DNA from: a virus
Length of the DNA stretch: 46,063 bases
Reading direction: 5' to 3' (one strand)
Virus record (IMG/VR): IMGVR_UViG_3300050009_000007
Location: 1-46,063 of that record
The first letter of the stretch is position 1. Each line of letters starts with the position of its first letter. The notes beneath the pieces were generated by a model. It worked only from the letters and a program-made list of their open reading frames with translations, did not search any database and had not been told where the DNA came from. This document shows, piece after piece, positions 7,682 to 16,798 of the stretch. A program made the translations under genes and the position numbers.

Positions 7682-8722
7682 ATGGAAGGCACTTGCTTAT
7701 TTTCCGCCATCGCTGGCAATCAAAAGATTGACTCAGATTCCGGCATTATCTCCGGCGTATCAGTCATAACCGCTGGCGAGTGCGCCGGGAAACACGCTGG
7801 CACTTGGATTGACCATAATACGATTTCAAGTCTGCTTTCCATAGCCTCCGGTTTCAAAGATGGCGTCAAAGTTAAACTTTCCCAAAGCGAGGAACATGAT
7901 GGCAGCGTCGGTCAAATCATCGGCACACTGAAAGGTTTCCGAATTGATGGCAACCAGCTTCGCGCCGATCTGCACTTGCTAAAATCCGACGAAAACTACG
8001 GCAAGATTCTGGAAATGTCCTCGAAGATGCCGGAAGCCTTTGGCCTATCGGTTGCCGTGGACAAGAATTACGAAAAACAGGGTGACAAACATTTTCTCCG
8101 TCCGACCGATATTTATTCTGTTGACCTCGTTGAACAACCTGCCGCCAATCGCGGCCTTTTCTCTGCAAAACCTATGAATGACATCAAACTTGCCGCTGAC
8201 GGCAAAACTCACGAAAAAGATTGCGGCTGCAAAGCCTGCATGAGTGCCAAGGAAAAGAGCGAGCTTTCCGCCATGATTGCCGAGCAAGTTGCTTTGGCTA
8301 TTAAGGGCATTGCTGCTCCTGACGTTACCGCCTTGACCGCCAAGTTGACGGAACACGAAACCCAATTGTCCGCTTTTAAGGCCAGCACCGATGCCTCCGC
8401 GCTTTCGTCCAAGAAGGCCGAGATTGCCGGTCTGGTTGCCGACGCTACCCGCGAAGGCAAGGTTGTCCCCCTGACGGACGAACAGCTTTCCAAGATGGAA
8501 ATTCCGGTCATCAAGGAAATGTTCTCCAAGTTGACCAAGGGGCAGGTCAAACTGGCCGGAACACGCAAGATTGAGCCGCCCAAATCCGCCGATGGCAAGG
8601 TCATCACCTTTGAAACCGCCGACGCTCGCGCCGAATTCTGCCGCTCCAAACAGGCGGAAGGCGCGGCCCAACTCACCGCCCAATTTCTGGCGGATACCAC
8701 CCTCGGACTTTCACGCAACTAA
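7682..8722 (+). CDS. Prohead protease (HK97/S78-like) fused to an Ala/Lys/Glu-rich scaffold-like C-terminus
   Basis: EEHDGSVGQIIGTLKGFRIDGNQLRADLHL fits the HD....IG...GL motif around the catalytic His. FGLSVAV fits the G.S.G catalytic Ser motif. The C-terminal ~170 aa are coiled-coil-like. The gene sits immediately upstream of the capsid gene. Confidence 0.7.
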   Translation: MEGTCLFSAIAGNQKIDSDSGIISGVSVITAGECAGKHAGTWIDHNTISSLLSIASGFKDGVKVKLSQSEEHDGSVGQIIGTLKGFRIDGNQLRADLHLLKSDENYGKILEMSSKMPEAFGLSVAVDKNYEKQGDKHFLRPTDIYSVDLVEQPAANRGLFSAKPMNDIKLAADGKTHEKDCGCKACMSAKEKSELSAMIAEQVALAIKGIAAPDVTALTAKLTEHETQLSAFKASTDASALSSKKAEIAGLVADATREGKVVPLTDEQLSKMEIPVIKEMFSKLTKGQVKLAGTRKIEPPKSADGKVITFETADARAEFCRSKQAEGAAQLTAQFLADTTLGLSRN

Positions 8723-8734
8723 CCATCCAAATTT

Positions 8735-9730
8735 ATGCCCAACACGACATTATTCGACATTGCAACCCTCTACCGCGCCGATGCTTTCACCGGGCTGATT
8801 GAGGACGTAACCACGCTCGCACCGGAATTCAGCACTTTCTCTGCCGTGACCCGCGAGGGAACATGGTATGAAGTCTCAAGCCGGACAACTCTGCCAACCG
8901 CCCAGTTCCGCTATGTGAATCAGGGCGTGGCAACCAGCAAGTCCATCTACAAGAAAGCGGTCAAGGAAATGTTCAACCTGGATGTCGAGTTGCAACAGGA
9001 CGAAGCCGTTTGGAAAGCTGACCCGGCAAATGTCGGCCCGCTGTGGATGCTCGAAGCCGAAGGCGCGATGCGCGCCGCTTCCATCTTGCTCGGACAACAG
9101 ACTTGGTATGGCGTTTCCGCCGATTCCAAGGGGTTCACCGGCATTCGCAAACAGCTTGCCTACTCGGTTCTGCCGAGCACGGGCGCAAGCACGACTTCGG
9201 CCTATCTGGTCTGGATGGACCCGAAACACGGCGCACGGTTTGACGTTGGCCAAGGCGGTCAATTCGCAATTTCCGCTCCCCACCTCCAACAGGTCTTGGA
9301 CGGCTCCAGCAATCCTTACATGGCCTATGTCGGCAATTTGCAGGCATGGGTTGGTCTGAATCTCGGTTCGGCCTACTCTGCTTGGTCTGTGGGCGGAATC
9401 AACACGACTTTGGCGAACTGGCTCACGGACGACGTGGTTGCCCAATTGATTGCCAAAATCCCGGTGGCCCGCCGCAACAACCTTCGCTTGTTCATCAACC
9501 GAACTGCGGAAGCCACACTGCAACGCAGCCGCTCCACCGTCCTTCAAGGCATGGCTGGCGGCAACGTCGCTGGCGTTTCTTCGGGCGGCGTTGGCGGGGT
9601 TTCGTTCCATCCGTCTGATGCGGGTGGCCGTCCAGCTTTCGCCCCGCGTCCTCTGGAAACCAATGGGTATCCGATTACCTTAACGGATTCGATTCTCGAT
9701 ACCGAAACCAACACGACTGGCAGCACCTAG
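8735..9730 (+). CDS. Major capsid protein
   Basis: 331 aa, placed directly after the protease/scaffold gene. The size and position are typical of a capsid gene; no motif-level proof. Confidence 0.7.
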   Translation: MPNTTLFDIATLYRADAFTGLIEDVTTLAPEFSTFSAVTREGTWYEVSSRTTLPTAQFRYVNQGVATSKSIYKKAVKEMFNLDVELQQDEAVWKADPANVGPLWMLEAEGAMRAASILLGQQTWYGVSADSKGFTGIRKQLAYSVLPSTGASTTSAYLVWMDPKHGARFDVGQGGQFAISAPHLQQVLDGSSNPYMAYVGNLQAWVGLNLGSAYSAWSVGGINTTLANWLTDDVVAQLIAKIPVARRNNLRLFINRTAEATLQRSRSTVLQGMAGGNVAGVSSGGVGGVSFHPSDAGGRPAFAPRPLETNGYPITLTDSILDTETNTTGST

Positions 9731-9768
9731 GATTCGGCAAACTTGATTAACCAAAACATCAAAACATT

Positions 9769-10239
9769 ATGAGCGTATCTTTTTCAAACCTACTCACGCC
9801 GAACAACTACCCGACCAACCAACGGGCAGTCATTGACAACAACTTCGTGCAGGTCGTTTCGCTGAATGCGAATGCCGCCGCTGTTACCAACACCAATTCG
9901 ATTGATTTGCAACAGGCGACTCCGTATCCGGTTACGGAAATCGTCAATGTTCAAATTGGGATTGGTGCTGCTGCCGCCAGCAATGGCCCGGCGAACAGCG
10001 CCAACATCAATGCCGTCCTGCAAGTGTCCAGCGATAACGTGACGTTTGCCAACAGCACCATTTTCGCAACCCCACTGCTTTCGACTGGCGCGGCTGCGAA
10101 TGGTTTGCTCGCGGCCAGCACCGTCACCATCAAGCTGGCCCCCGGCGAAGTCCGTTACATTCGCGCCCAGTTCAAAGGTGAGGCGACGGCGGCGACGTAC
10201 AACGGCACGATCAACGGCACAATTCAACTCGGCTTTTAG
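9769..10239 (+). CDS. Hypothetical Ala/Asn/Thr-rich protein (156 aa), possible head decoration protein
   Basis: Position after the capsid gene. The composition predicts a beta-rich protein. Confidence 0.55.
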   Translation: MSVSFSNLLTPNNYPTNQRAVIDNNFVQVVSLNANAAAVTNTNSIDLQQATPYPVTEIVNVQIGIGAAAASNGPANSANINAVLQVSSDNVTFANSTIFATPLLSTGAAANGLLAASTVTIKLAPGEVRYIRAQFKGEATAATYNGTINGTIQLGF

Positions 10240-10264
10240 GGGATTGAAACATGGGGAAATGCTT

Positions 10265-10672
10265 ATGAAAAAAGTCACTCTTTTTCTTGTCGCTCTCGCC
10301 TTGTGTTTGACAGCCAAGGCGGGAGAACTAACCTTTCCGAAAGCGCCATCGCTGGTTGTTGTTTTTACAAACATCACGTTTGCGTCGAACATCACGGCGT
10401 CAGTTACGTTCACCAACGCGCAAAACACCATCGTTTCCTCGACGCACACGTTTCAGTTATATTACACACCAGTTGGAACCAACTCAGCCACGTTCTATCT
10501 GGACGATACCATTGATGGGTCGAACTGGAATCCGGTTTCAACGAACACCACAACCGGGGCTGCCACTCTGGATTACGAACTGGATATTCAGGGGAAATGG
10601 AGCCAATACCGATGGCGCGGAGTGGTTGCCGCGACCAACGCAACCGCAACTGGACTTTACATGGCTCAGTGA
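10265..10672 (+). CDS. Small Thr/Asn-rich protein with a Sec-type signal peptide
   Basis: ATG 10265 lies within ORF 10046..10672. N-terminus MKKVTLFLVALALCLTAKA|GELT. Confidence 0.55.
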   Translation: MKKVTLFLVALALCLTAKAGELTFPKAPSLVVVFTNITFASNITASVTFTNAQNTIVSSTHTFQLYYTPVGTNSATFYLDDTIDGSNWNPVSTNTTTGAATLDYELDIQGKWSQYRWRGVVAATNATATGLYMAQ

Positions 10673-10681
10673 TTCGATTTT

Positions 10682-12175
10682 ATGGGGAATACAATCAAAA
10701 ACCACTATGAACACACCAACGCCTCTTTCAACGAGGTTTTCGCTGGTGAGTATAAAATGCCTCTCGTTGCCGCCCCTGAAACGGTTCTCGACATAGGCGC
10801 AAACGAGGGGGCTTTCACGGCTTGGGCATTGGAGGAATGGCCGAATTCTCAGATAAACGCATTCGAGCCAATTCCTGAAAATGCCGAGTATTTCAGGAAG
10901 AACATCAATGGTAGTCCCAATGTTCGATTCTTCGAGCGGGCAATCGCCCCGCTGAGTCCGGTCAGGATGTTCTATGGCAAGGGAAATAGCGGCCAATGCT
11001 CACTGTATCGAAACGGGGAACAGACTGAAAAATCTATTGAGGTCAATGCCGTCCCGTCCAAAGAACTTCCAAGCTGCGAATTCGTCAAGGTAGATGCCGA
11101 AGGGTCGGAACTGGACATCATCACCAATCTCGATCTATCCAAGACCAAGGCTGTTGCTTTTGAATATCACAGTTGGCCGGATGCGGAGCGTATTATTCAA
11201 CATCTGGAATCGAGCGGATTCGAGTCGGTTGAACACCGTGCGAGTTCAAGTCATCGCGGGGTGTTGAAGTTCGCCCGTCCTGACGCTGTGATTAAAAAGT
11301 CCAAGGGGACAAAGAGCGCCGTCAAGGTGTTCATCGGAGTGCCGAGCTTTTTCCATATTGACCCATATTTTCACCGCTGCTTGTTGATGACCTATGGATG
11401 GCTTTCGAGTCAGCCGGACGTTCCAGAGGCCATACATGGCGCTGTGGCGCACTCTTTCGGTGACAGCCCGCATGTCGGGCGGTCGCGCAACATGATTACC
11501 CGCAACTTTCTTGAAAGTGATTGCACCGACCTGCTGTTCATTGACAGCGACCTTGTTTTCAGCATTGACCATGTAAAGCGGATACTGTCGCATGACGAGG
11601 AAGTTGTCGGCGGGATGTATTTCAAGAAAAGCCAGGGAGCGCCAGAGCCGTGCCTGAACACAATCCGAAATCCGATTGTGAAGTCAAATGGCCTGAATCA
11701 GGTTGCCTACATCGGCACGGGGTTCATGAGAATCAAGCGGATTGTATTTGAGAAAATCATCGAACGATGGGGTGACGAGATTGCCTATTGCCCCGATGGA
11801 ACAACCGACATTCTGGAATACAACTTCTGGAATCTGGCAACCAATACGTTCGCGGAAGAAATCATCGCTGTTTATCCCGAACGGGTTGAGGCGCTGGTCA
11901 AAAAGTATGGCGTGACACCAGAGCGTGCCGCAAAAGCCATTCGCACCCGCTGGCTGTCGGAAGATTGGTGGTTCTGCCAGCGATGCAACGATTTGGGATT
12001 CAATGTTTGGGCAGACAGGCGCATTGCCCTGAAACATTCCGGCAACGTGCTTTACCCGCTCGAAACACAAGAGCAGGAGATTTTCGGAAAACCAATTATT
12101 TACGGGAGTAACCCTCCCGCCAGCGCCGATGCCATGCCGTCAGCTTCCCCACTGGCAGTTCCGGCGTCGGCGTGA
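10682..12175 (+). CDS. Fusion protein: FkbM-family SAM methyltransferase (N-terminal) plus GT-A-type glycosyltransferase (C-terminal)
   Basis: N-terminal half: VLDIGANEGAFTAWA...INAFEPIPENAEYFRKN...FVKVDAEGSELDI (FkbM/Methyltransf_21 pattern). C-terminal half: LLFIDSDLVF (DxD-like), VVGGMYFKK, GTGFMRIKRIVFEKI (GT-A-like). Confidence 0.8.
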   Translation: MGNTIKNHYEHTNASFNEVFAGEYKMPLVAAPETVLDIGANEGAFTAWALEEWPNSQINAFEPIPENAEYFRKNINGSPNVRFFERAIAPLSPVRMFYGKGNSGQCSLYRNGEQTEKSIEVNAVPSKELPSCEFVKVDAEGSELDIITNLDLSKTKAVAFEYHSWPDAERIIQHLESSGFESVEHRASSSHRGVLKFARPDAVIKKSKGTKSAVKVFIGVPSFFHIDPYFHRCLLMTYGWLSSQPDVPEAIHGAVAHSFGDSPHVGRSRNMITRNFLESDCTDLLFIDSDLVFSIDHVKRILSHDEEVVGGMYFKKSQGAPEPCLNTIRNPIVKSNGLNQVAYIGTGFMRIKRIVFEKIIERWGDEIAYCPDGTTDILEYNFWNLATNTFAEEIIAVYPERVEALVKKYGVTPERAAKAIRTRWLSEDWWFCQRCNDLGFNVWADRRIALKHSGNVLYPLETQEQEIFGKPIIYGSNPPASADAMPSASPLAVPASA

Positions 12176-12186
12176 ATTTAACACAT

Positions 12187-12633
12187 ATGTCGCAATATAC
12201 AACTCAGGCCGCAGTTGAAGGCGAAATCCCGCCAATGGATTTGATTGCCCTGACAGATGACGACGGGCGCGGGGCGCTCAACACAACAATCCTGACCCAG
12301 TGTATTGCCAATTCCAGCGGGGAGATTGACCAAGCCTGTGCCAACATCTATGGCCAGCAAATCCCGTTCAATCCGATACCTCCATCGGTGGCGAACATGG
12401 CGCTCACCATCACCTGCTACCGCCTAATTCGCCGCCGCAACACCGCCGATGAGCAAAACAAGTTCTTTGCTGAATACAGCCGGGTTCGGGACTTTTTGGA
12501 TGCGGTCAACACGGGCGACAAGCATCTCAGCGACGTTACGTTGCGCGACTTCCCTCAAGGGGCGGTTGTTGGCCGTCCGGTGATTTATTCGGGCGGCATT
12601 TTCGGAACGGGTGTGATTTCAAATACGATGTAA
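12187..12633 (+). CDS. Head-tail connector protein, Mu gp36/DUF1320-like
   Basis: MSQYTTQAAVEGEIPPMDLIALTDDD... fits the DUF1320 N-terminal pattern. An alternative GTG start at 12172 overlaps the upstream stop. Confidence 0.55.
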   Translation: MSQYTTQAAVEGEIPPMDLIALTDDDGRGALNTTILTQCIANSSGEIDQACANIYGQQIPFNPIPPSVANMALTITCYRLIRRRNTADEQNKFFAEYSRVRDFLDAVNTGDKHLSDVTLRDFPQGAVVGRPVIYSGGIFGTGVISNTM

Positions 12634-12635
12634 CC

Positions 12636-13094
12636 ATGACCTTTGAACTGGACATATCTTCGATGGATTTGGCTGAACAAGTTCAAGCCAGATTCGAGGA
12701 AGTTCGTGTGCCGATTCAGGCGGCGATGGCAAACAGGTTCGCCAGCATCGTGAATCACAATTTTGGTCAAGAGGGAGAGGATAGGCCTTGGACGTGGCAA
12801 CCTTTGACACGGAACTATGCCGACACACATCATGGCGGAAATCGAATCCCAACCGAAACCCTAACCGGAGATTTGCAAGCATCCATCCAGATTGATGAAA
12901 TGAATCCCGACCATGCTTCGGTGTGGACGGATTGCCCCTATGCGGCAGAACAGCAATGGGGGACTCAATTCGTTCCAGCCCGTCCCTTTTTCCCTCTGAT
13001 TGGAACCGGAATGGATGACGCCGAATTGACTCCCTATGCCCTTGACCAAGTAATGCGAGCGGCAGAGAATGAAGCGGAAAGGCTACTGCGATGA
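12636..13094 (+). CDS. Virion morphogenesis / head-tail joining protein (Mu gpG-like)
   Basis: AAMANRFASIVNHNFGQEGEDRPWTWQPL resembles the conserved ...F..eg.....W.pL segment of gpG-like proteins. Confidence 0.55.
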   Translation: MTFELDISSMDLAEQVQARFEEVRVPIQAAMANRFASIVNHNFGQEGEDRPWTWQPLTRNYADTHHGGNRIPTETLTGDLQASIQIDEMNPDHASVWTDCPYAAEQQWGTQFVPARPFFPLIGTGMDDAELTPYALDQVMRAAENEAERLLR

Positions 13095-13630
13095 GCATGG
13101 CCATTCCCCAACTTCCAGCCGGATTGACCGCCCCGCTGTCAATCAGTCAGCAGGCGCAGCAACTTTCCGATGTGCTGTTGCCCTACGCAGCTAAGTCGGG
13201 TGGTGACGCCCAAATCGTTTCCAATCTGCAAATGCTCTGGATGCAGGCGAGCATGGCCAATGACCGCCCCCGAATCCTGATTTGTTACAATGGCGAAAAG
13301 TCTCGCGGCGAGTTCTCGGTTGCCGCCGCAAATCACCGGGTTGACCGGCAATGGATTGTGGCTGTCACTCGCGGGCGCGGCTGGAACGTCAAGCGCGGCG
13401 ACTCTCTTTACAAGACAGTTGGTAACGCCGACCCGTTTTATGATGTCATCGAGGAAGTGCGCGACTTGATTCGTTGCATGGTTGGAATCAGTGAAGAATT
13501 TCCAGTGGATTACAAGGGGATGTCGCCCATGTCCAGCGGCAATAATGCGCTGGATTCCTATGCCATCGAATTTTCCACGGCGAACGACGAGCCAGCCATT
13601 CTTTTAACCAATCCAAACGCACCAGCATAA
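13091..13630 (+). CDS. Hypothetical neck or tail-terminator candidate (179 aa)
   Basis: ATGA overlap with the upstream gene. The call rests on position between the connector and tube genes only. Confidence 0.5.
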   Translation: MSMAIPQLPAGLTAPLSISQQAQQLSDVLLPYAAKSGGDAQIVSNLQMLWMQASMANDRPRILICYNGEKSRGEFSVAAANHRVDRQWIVAVTRGRGWNVKRGDSLYKTVGNADPFYDVIEEVRDLIRCMVGISEEFPVDYKGMSPMSSGNNALDSYAIEFSTANDEPAILLTNPNAPA

Positions 13631-13632
13631 TT

Positions 13633-13806
13633 ATGACAGCCAAATCTAAAACCAGCACGGCGACTTTCGGGTTTGAAAATCATCCCGGAAACCTCGTAAA
13701 ACTGTGGCCGACCAACCAGCCATTGCACCATGAATTTCTTTCGCAATCGGACTTTGACGCCCGCTTTGAAATCGTTCCCGAAACACCAACCACAACCACG
13801 AAATAA
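13633..13806 (+). CDS. Small hypothetical protein (57 aa)
   Basis: Hand translation MTAKSKTSTATFGFENHPGNLVKLWPTNQPLHHEFLSQSDFDARFEIVPETPTTTTK. It exactly fills the gap between neighbouring genes. Confidence 0.3.
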   Translation: MTAKSKTSTATFGFENHPGNLVKLWPTNQPLHHEFLSQSDFDARFEIVPETPTTTTK

Positions 13807-13809
13807 TTT

Positions 13810-14274
13810 ATGCAATCACAAACACCCGGATCTCCGCCGATTGGTTTCGCTTCAACCGGCATAACCACCGTCGTTTGGGGCACTCAGGGCTTGGCCGCAT
13901 TTCAAGGCCAGCCCGGTGCTGACATTAACAACGGCAACAATGGCTATTACATCATGACCGATTACAAGCAGCGGCTTAAAAAGGATTTGGACTATGGCGA
14001 AAATGGTTCCGGCGTGGAATGCCGCCGAACCACCATCGTTCACGGCCAAACGTGGGACATCACTGTTGAGGACAATTCCAACATGGCCCCTCCCGCTCAA
14101 AACACGATTATTCACTGCTATGACATTCTGCAAAAGGGGCAGGGCGGCCCGATTGCGGCACAGCAATTGTGGTATGCGACGGTTGTTGAAAGTGAATACA
14201 CCGCTGCTCCCAAGCGTCCCGGCATGAGAACGATCACCGCTGAAAACCTGACTCTGGTGGATACGCAATCGTGA
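13810..14274 (+). CDS. Tail tube protein candidate (154 aa)
   Basis: It is the gene immediately before the chaperone/frameshift pair and the tape measure. No sheath-sized gene is present. Confidence 0.45.
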   Translation: MQSQTPGSPPIGFASTGITTVVWGTQGLAAFQGQPGADINNGNNGYYIMTDYKQRLKKDLDYGENGSGVECRRTTIVHGQTWDITVEDNSNMAPPAQNTIIHCYDILQKGQGGPIAAQQLWYATVVESEYTAAPKRPGMRTITAENLTLVDTQS

Positions 14275-14275
14275 T

Positions 14276-14809
14276 ATGGCCGAAGCGATTCCATTGGATT
14301 CACCGCAAGCGGCAAAGACCATTGCTGATGCTGCTGAGAAGCGGGAAGCGGCGGCGCGGGCGGCGGCGACACCGTTGCCGGGGCCGCTGGCTGATGCCTT
14401 TTCGCCCCATCCCGACATCAAGGTTGGCAATTACACCGTGCGGGCTTTTTGCGAAGCTGACTATGAGTATTTGCAGACATTGGAACATCCGATTGTTGAT
14501 ATGCTGATTGCGGCTTTTTCCGGCAAGGAATCACAATCTGATTACTTCGCTTCCGGTCAAAAGGCTTGGGAACTATGCTACCTGCTCACTCGCCCGATTG
14601 ATGACTTGGACGCACAGTTCAAGAATGGTGTGCAATCAGTGAAGGATGCGGCCAAAGCCGAGTTTTCCAAGATGCCATTTGGAGCACCGTCAATCATTCA
14701 TGCCGCAGCCCTGAAACAGGTCATGGACGCTGGCAAGACGGCTATCGCCTACGGGTCATCGGAAGATTCCGAAGGCTCAAAAAAAAATGCAGCAGCAGTC
14801 CAGTCTTAG
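14276..14809 (+). CDS. Tail assembly chaperone (G-like, 0-frame product)
   Basis: 177 aa, acidic, directly upstream of the tape measure gene. It ends 20 nt after an A9 slippery run. Confidence 0.6.
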   Translation: MAEAIPLDSPQAAKTIADAAEKREAAARAAATPLPGPLADAFSPHPDIKVGNYTVRAFCEADYEYLQTLEHPIVDMLIAAFSGKESQSDYFASGQKAWELCYLLTRPIDDLDAQFKNGVQSVKDAAKAEFSKMPFGAPSIIHAAALKQVMDAGKTAIAYGSSEDSEGSKKNAAAVQS

Positions 14810-15027
14810 GAACATTTGGATTCCTATTTGACCGACGCTGCACGCTGGTAAAGTTCTTTGGCTGGTCAGTGGATTATGTCAGACGTTTGCCAACAATTCA
14901 GGCGACTGCCTATTTTTCGTGGGCCGTTGAAAATCAAGACAGCATGTTTGGAACAGGAATAAGCCGGACAAGTCCGGGATATTGCGACCAAGAATTGACT
15001 AAGATTTTATGCAGGAAGGCGAAGTAA
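14276..15027 (+). CDS. Tail assembly chaperone, -1 frameshifted extended product (GT-like)
   Basis: After a slip on tcA AAA AAA (14779-14787), the -1 frame stays open for 80 codons (KCSSSPVLGTFGFLFDRR...WSVDYVRRLPTIQATAYFSWAVENQ...) to TAA at 15025-15027. This fills the otherwise ORF-free 199-nt gap and overlaps the tape measure start. Confidence 0.5.
14779..14787 (+). promoter_or_regulatory. Candidate -1 programmed ribosomal frameshift slippery site (A9)
   Basis: A AAA AAA heptamer in the 0 frame, in the canonical position between the chaperone and tape measure genes. Confidence 0.5.
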
Positions 15028-16289
15028 GAGCACAATTCCGATTGCTTGGCGACGAAGTTAAGGGTGACGTTGCTGCCATCCAAAGCAAGATTGCTGGCCA
15101 ATTACAGGCTTCTGGCAAGGGCACTCCACTTTCTCAAGTCAACCGAGATTTAGAGGCAAACATTGCCTTTGGGCATGGCGGGAAAGGCGGGATGGGCAAG
15201 GTCAGTTCCAAGATGCTCGCTGCCATGAGTCCAGAGGACAGGGCATGGGTTTTGAGTCGAGGTTCCAGCGGTGGCGGCAGCAGCGCGGGATTCAAGGGCA
15301 AACCCCCGCCGATTCTTGCCGACCTGAAATCCAAGATGGACATGGACAGGTCGAAGTTCATCAAGGACGCGACATTCGCCATGATGCCCCTATTCAACCC
15401 GACATCGGTTTGGGGAAACCTGTTTGCATCGCGCCAGATATTCAGCGCAATTTCACAGACAAAGACTGGACGCGGCATGATTGGAAAAGCTGGATTGTCC
15501 GGCACGGGTGGAGCGGCTTTGGCTGCTGGCGGTATCATTGGAACACTGTTGGCCGTTGGTTTAGCCATCAAAGGGCTGGCCAAGGTGATGCACGAAAGTA
15601 TCCGCGCCTATCAGGACGCACCTAAACTTTACGCTAAGGCGATGACGAGCGGGCTTGGACTGAAATTTGTCACGAAGCGTTCAATGCTTGCCGAAATCAT
15701 GGGAGTCAGCGAACAGGAAGTCATCAAATATGGGTATGCCTTTCAATACCTGAATCCGAAGATTGAATGGGCGTCGGCTATTATGGCGAGAACCAACACG
15801 AATCTGACGAGTGTGGGATGGTCGTTTAAGATTGTGGGCAACGACTTGAAGGCGATGTTCGCCGATATAGCTGACAAGGCCGCTCCTGCCGTTCGAGAAT
15901 TCACCGCCGGATTGTCTGTGATGATTAAGACAATGACAGGATTTATAGACAGAAATCCCAAAACATCCGCTATGGTCGGTAAATTATTGGTCGGACTTCT
16001 TTTAGGACCGGCAACCACATTGATTGGGAAGGACGTATTTGACCTTATTAAACACGCAGGAAAGGGATTAGACCCCGGCCCCGCTCCACAGCCGCTTTCC
16101 TTTATGAAGCAACTCCCCGCCTCGTCTTGGGAAAAGATGGGGTTGGTCATTGGCGCGGGCATGGGTGGAAGTCCAGCCTCACAAACGGCGCACAACACCA
16201 AGAGCATCGCACAGGACATGAAGAAACTGGTTTCCTACGTCGCTCGCGGCGGCGGGGCTGGAACATTCAATTTACAAAACGCACCATGA
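15009..16289 (+). CDS. Tape measure protein (short, 426 aa)
   Basis: Position after the chaperone pair. It has Gly/Ala-rich hydrophobic segments (GGAALAAGGIIGTLLAVGLAIKGL, MVGKLLVGLLLGPATTLIG). Confidence 0.55.
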   Translation: MQEGEVRAQFRLLGDEVKGDVAAIQSKIAGQLQASGKGTPLSQVNRDLEANIAFGHGGKGGMGKVSSKMLAAMSPEDRAWVLSRGSSGGGSSAGFKGKPPPILADLKSKMDMDRSKFIKDATFAMMPLFNPTSVWGNLFASRQIFSAISQTKTGRGMIGKAGLSGTGGAALAAGGIIGTLLAVGLAIKGLAKVMHESIRAYQDAPKLYAKAMTSGLGLKFVTKRSMLAEIMGVSEQEVIKYGYAFQYLNPKIEWASAIMARTNTNLTSVGWSFKIVGNDLKAMFADIADKAAPAVREFTAGLSVMIKTMTGFIDRNPKTSAMVGKLLVGLLLGPATTLIGKDVFDLIKHAGKGLDPGPAPQPLSFMKQLPASSWEKMGLVIGAGMGGSPASQTAHNTKSIAQDMKKLVSYVARGGGAGTFNLQNAP

Positions 16290-16798
16290 AAACGATTACA
16301 TTCAAAAACGAGAGCGGAAAGGTTTGGGTTGACACTGGCGAAGAAACGCCAAGCCAGCCGACGCAGCAAGTCACCGTTGGCCATACTTCCCCGCTCAATG
16401 TCAAGTGGGCGCGGAACATCCAAATCAGCAACGAGTTCATTTTTGTCAAACGCTATGGCTGTCCGGTGGTGGGAATCCATGTTGACGATCTGGTTGCACT
16501 GGCTGTTGCTGCCGAGCCGGGTTTGTCGTGGCCTCCGGTGTTCATAAAGTTTCCACAGTCTGCGACGGTCAAGACTGGTGAATCAGCAACCTTTGTGGTC
16601 GAGGTCGCAACCGGAGAACTGCCGACAACGTATCAGTGGCAAACTTCAACCGATAGTTCCACGTGGAACAATTTAGACGGCCAAACATCGCCAACGCTTG
16701 TAGCAACTGTGGCAGGACAATATCGCTGTGTCGCAACCAATGGTGCTGGCAGCACAAGCACGGCGGGAGCAATTTTAACCGTTCAAGGCAATGTATAA
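16286..16798 (+). CDS. Tail protein with a C-terminal immunoglobulin (I-set-like) domain
   Basis: ATG 16286 (ATGA overlap with the tape measure stop). PQSATVKTGESATFVVEVATGELPTTYQWQ...LVATVAGQYRCVATNGAGSTSTAGAILTVQ matches the I-set pattern (..Y.W..., G.Y.C.A.N..G). Confidence 0.6.
   Translation: MKTITFKNESGKVWVDTGEETPSQPTQQVTVGHTSPLNVKWARNIQISNEFIFVKRYGCPVVGIHVDDLVALAVAAEPGLSWPPVFIKFPQSATVKTGESATFVVEVATGELPTTYQWQTSTDSSTWNNLDGQTSPTLVATVAGQYRCVATNGAGSTSTAGAILTVQGNV

Noticed and set aside
8045-10449. Long antisense ORFs opposite the scaffold, capsid and decoration genes (8045..8683, 8209..8718, 8876..9610, 9790..10449; similarly 13852..14430 and 15134..15583).
   Set aside because: They are Gly/Arg/Leu-rich shadow ORFs typical of the complement of Ala/Lys/Glu-rich genes. 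They have no motifs and overlap well-supported + strand genes entirely.
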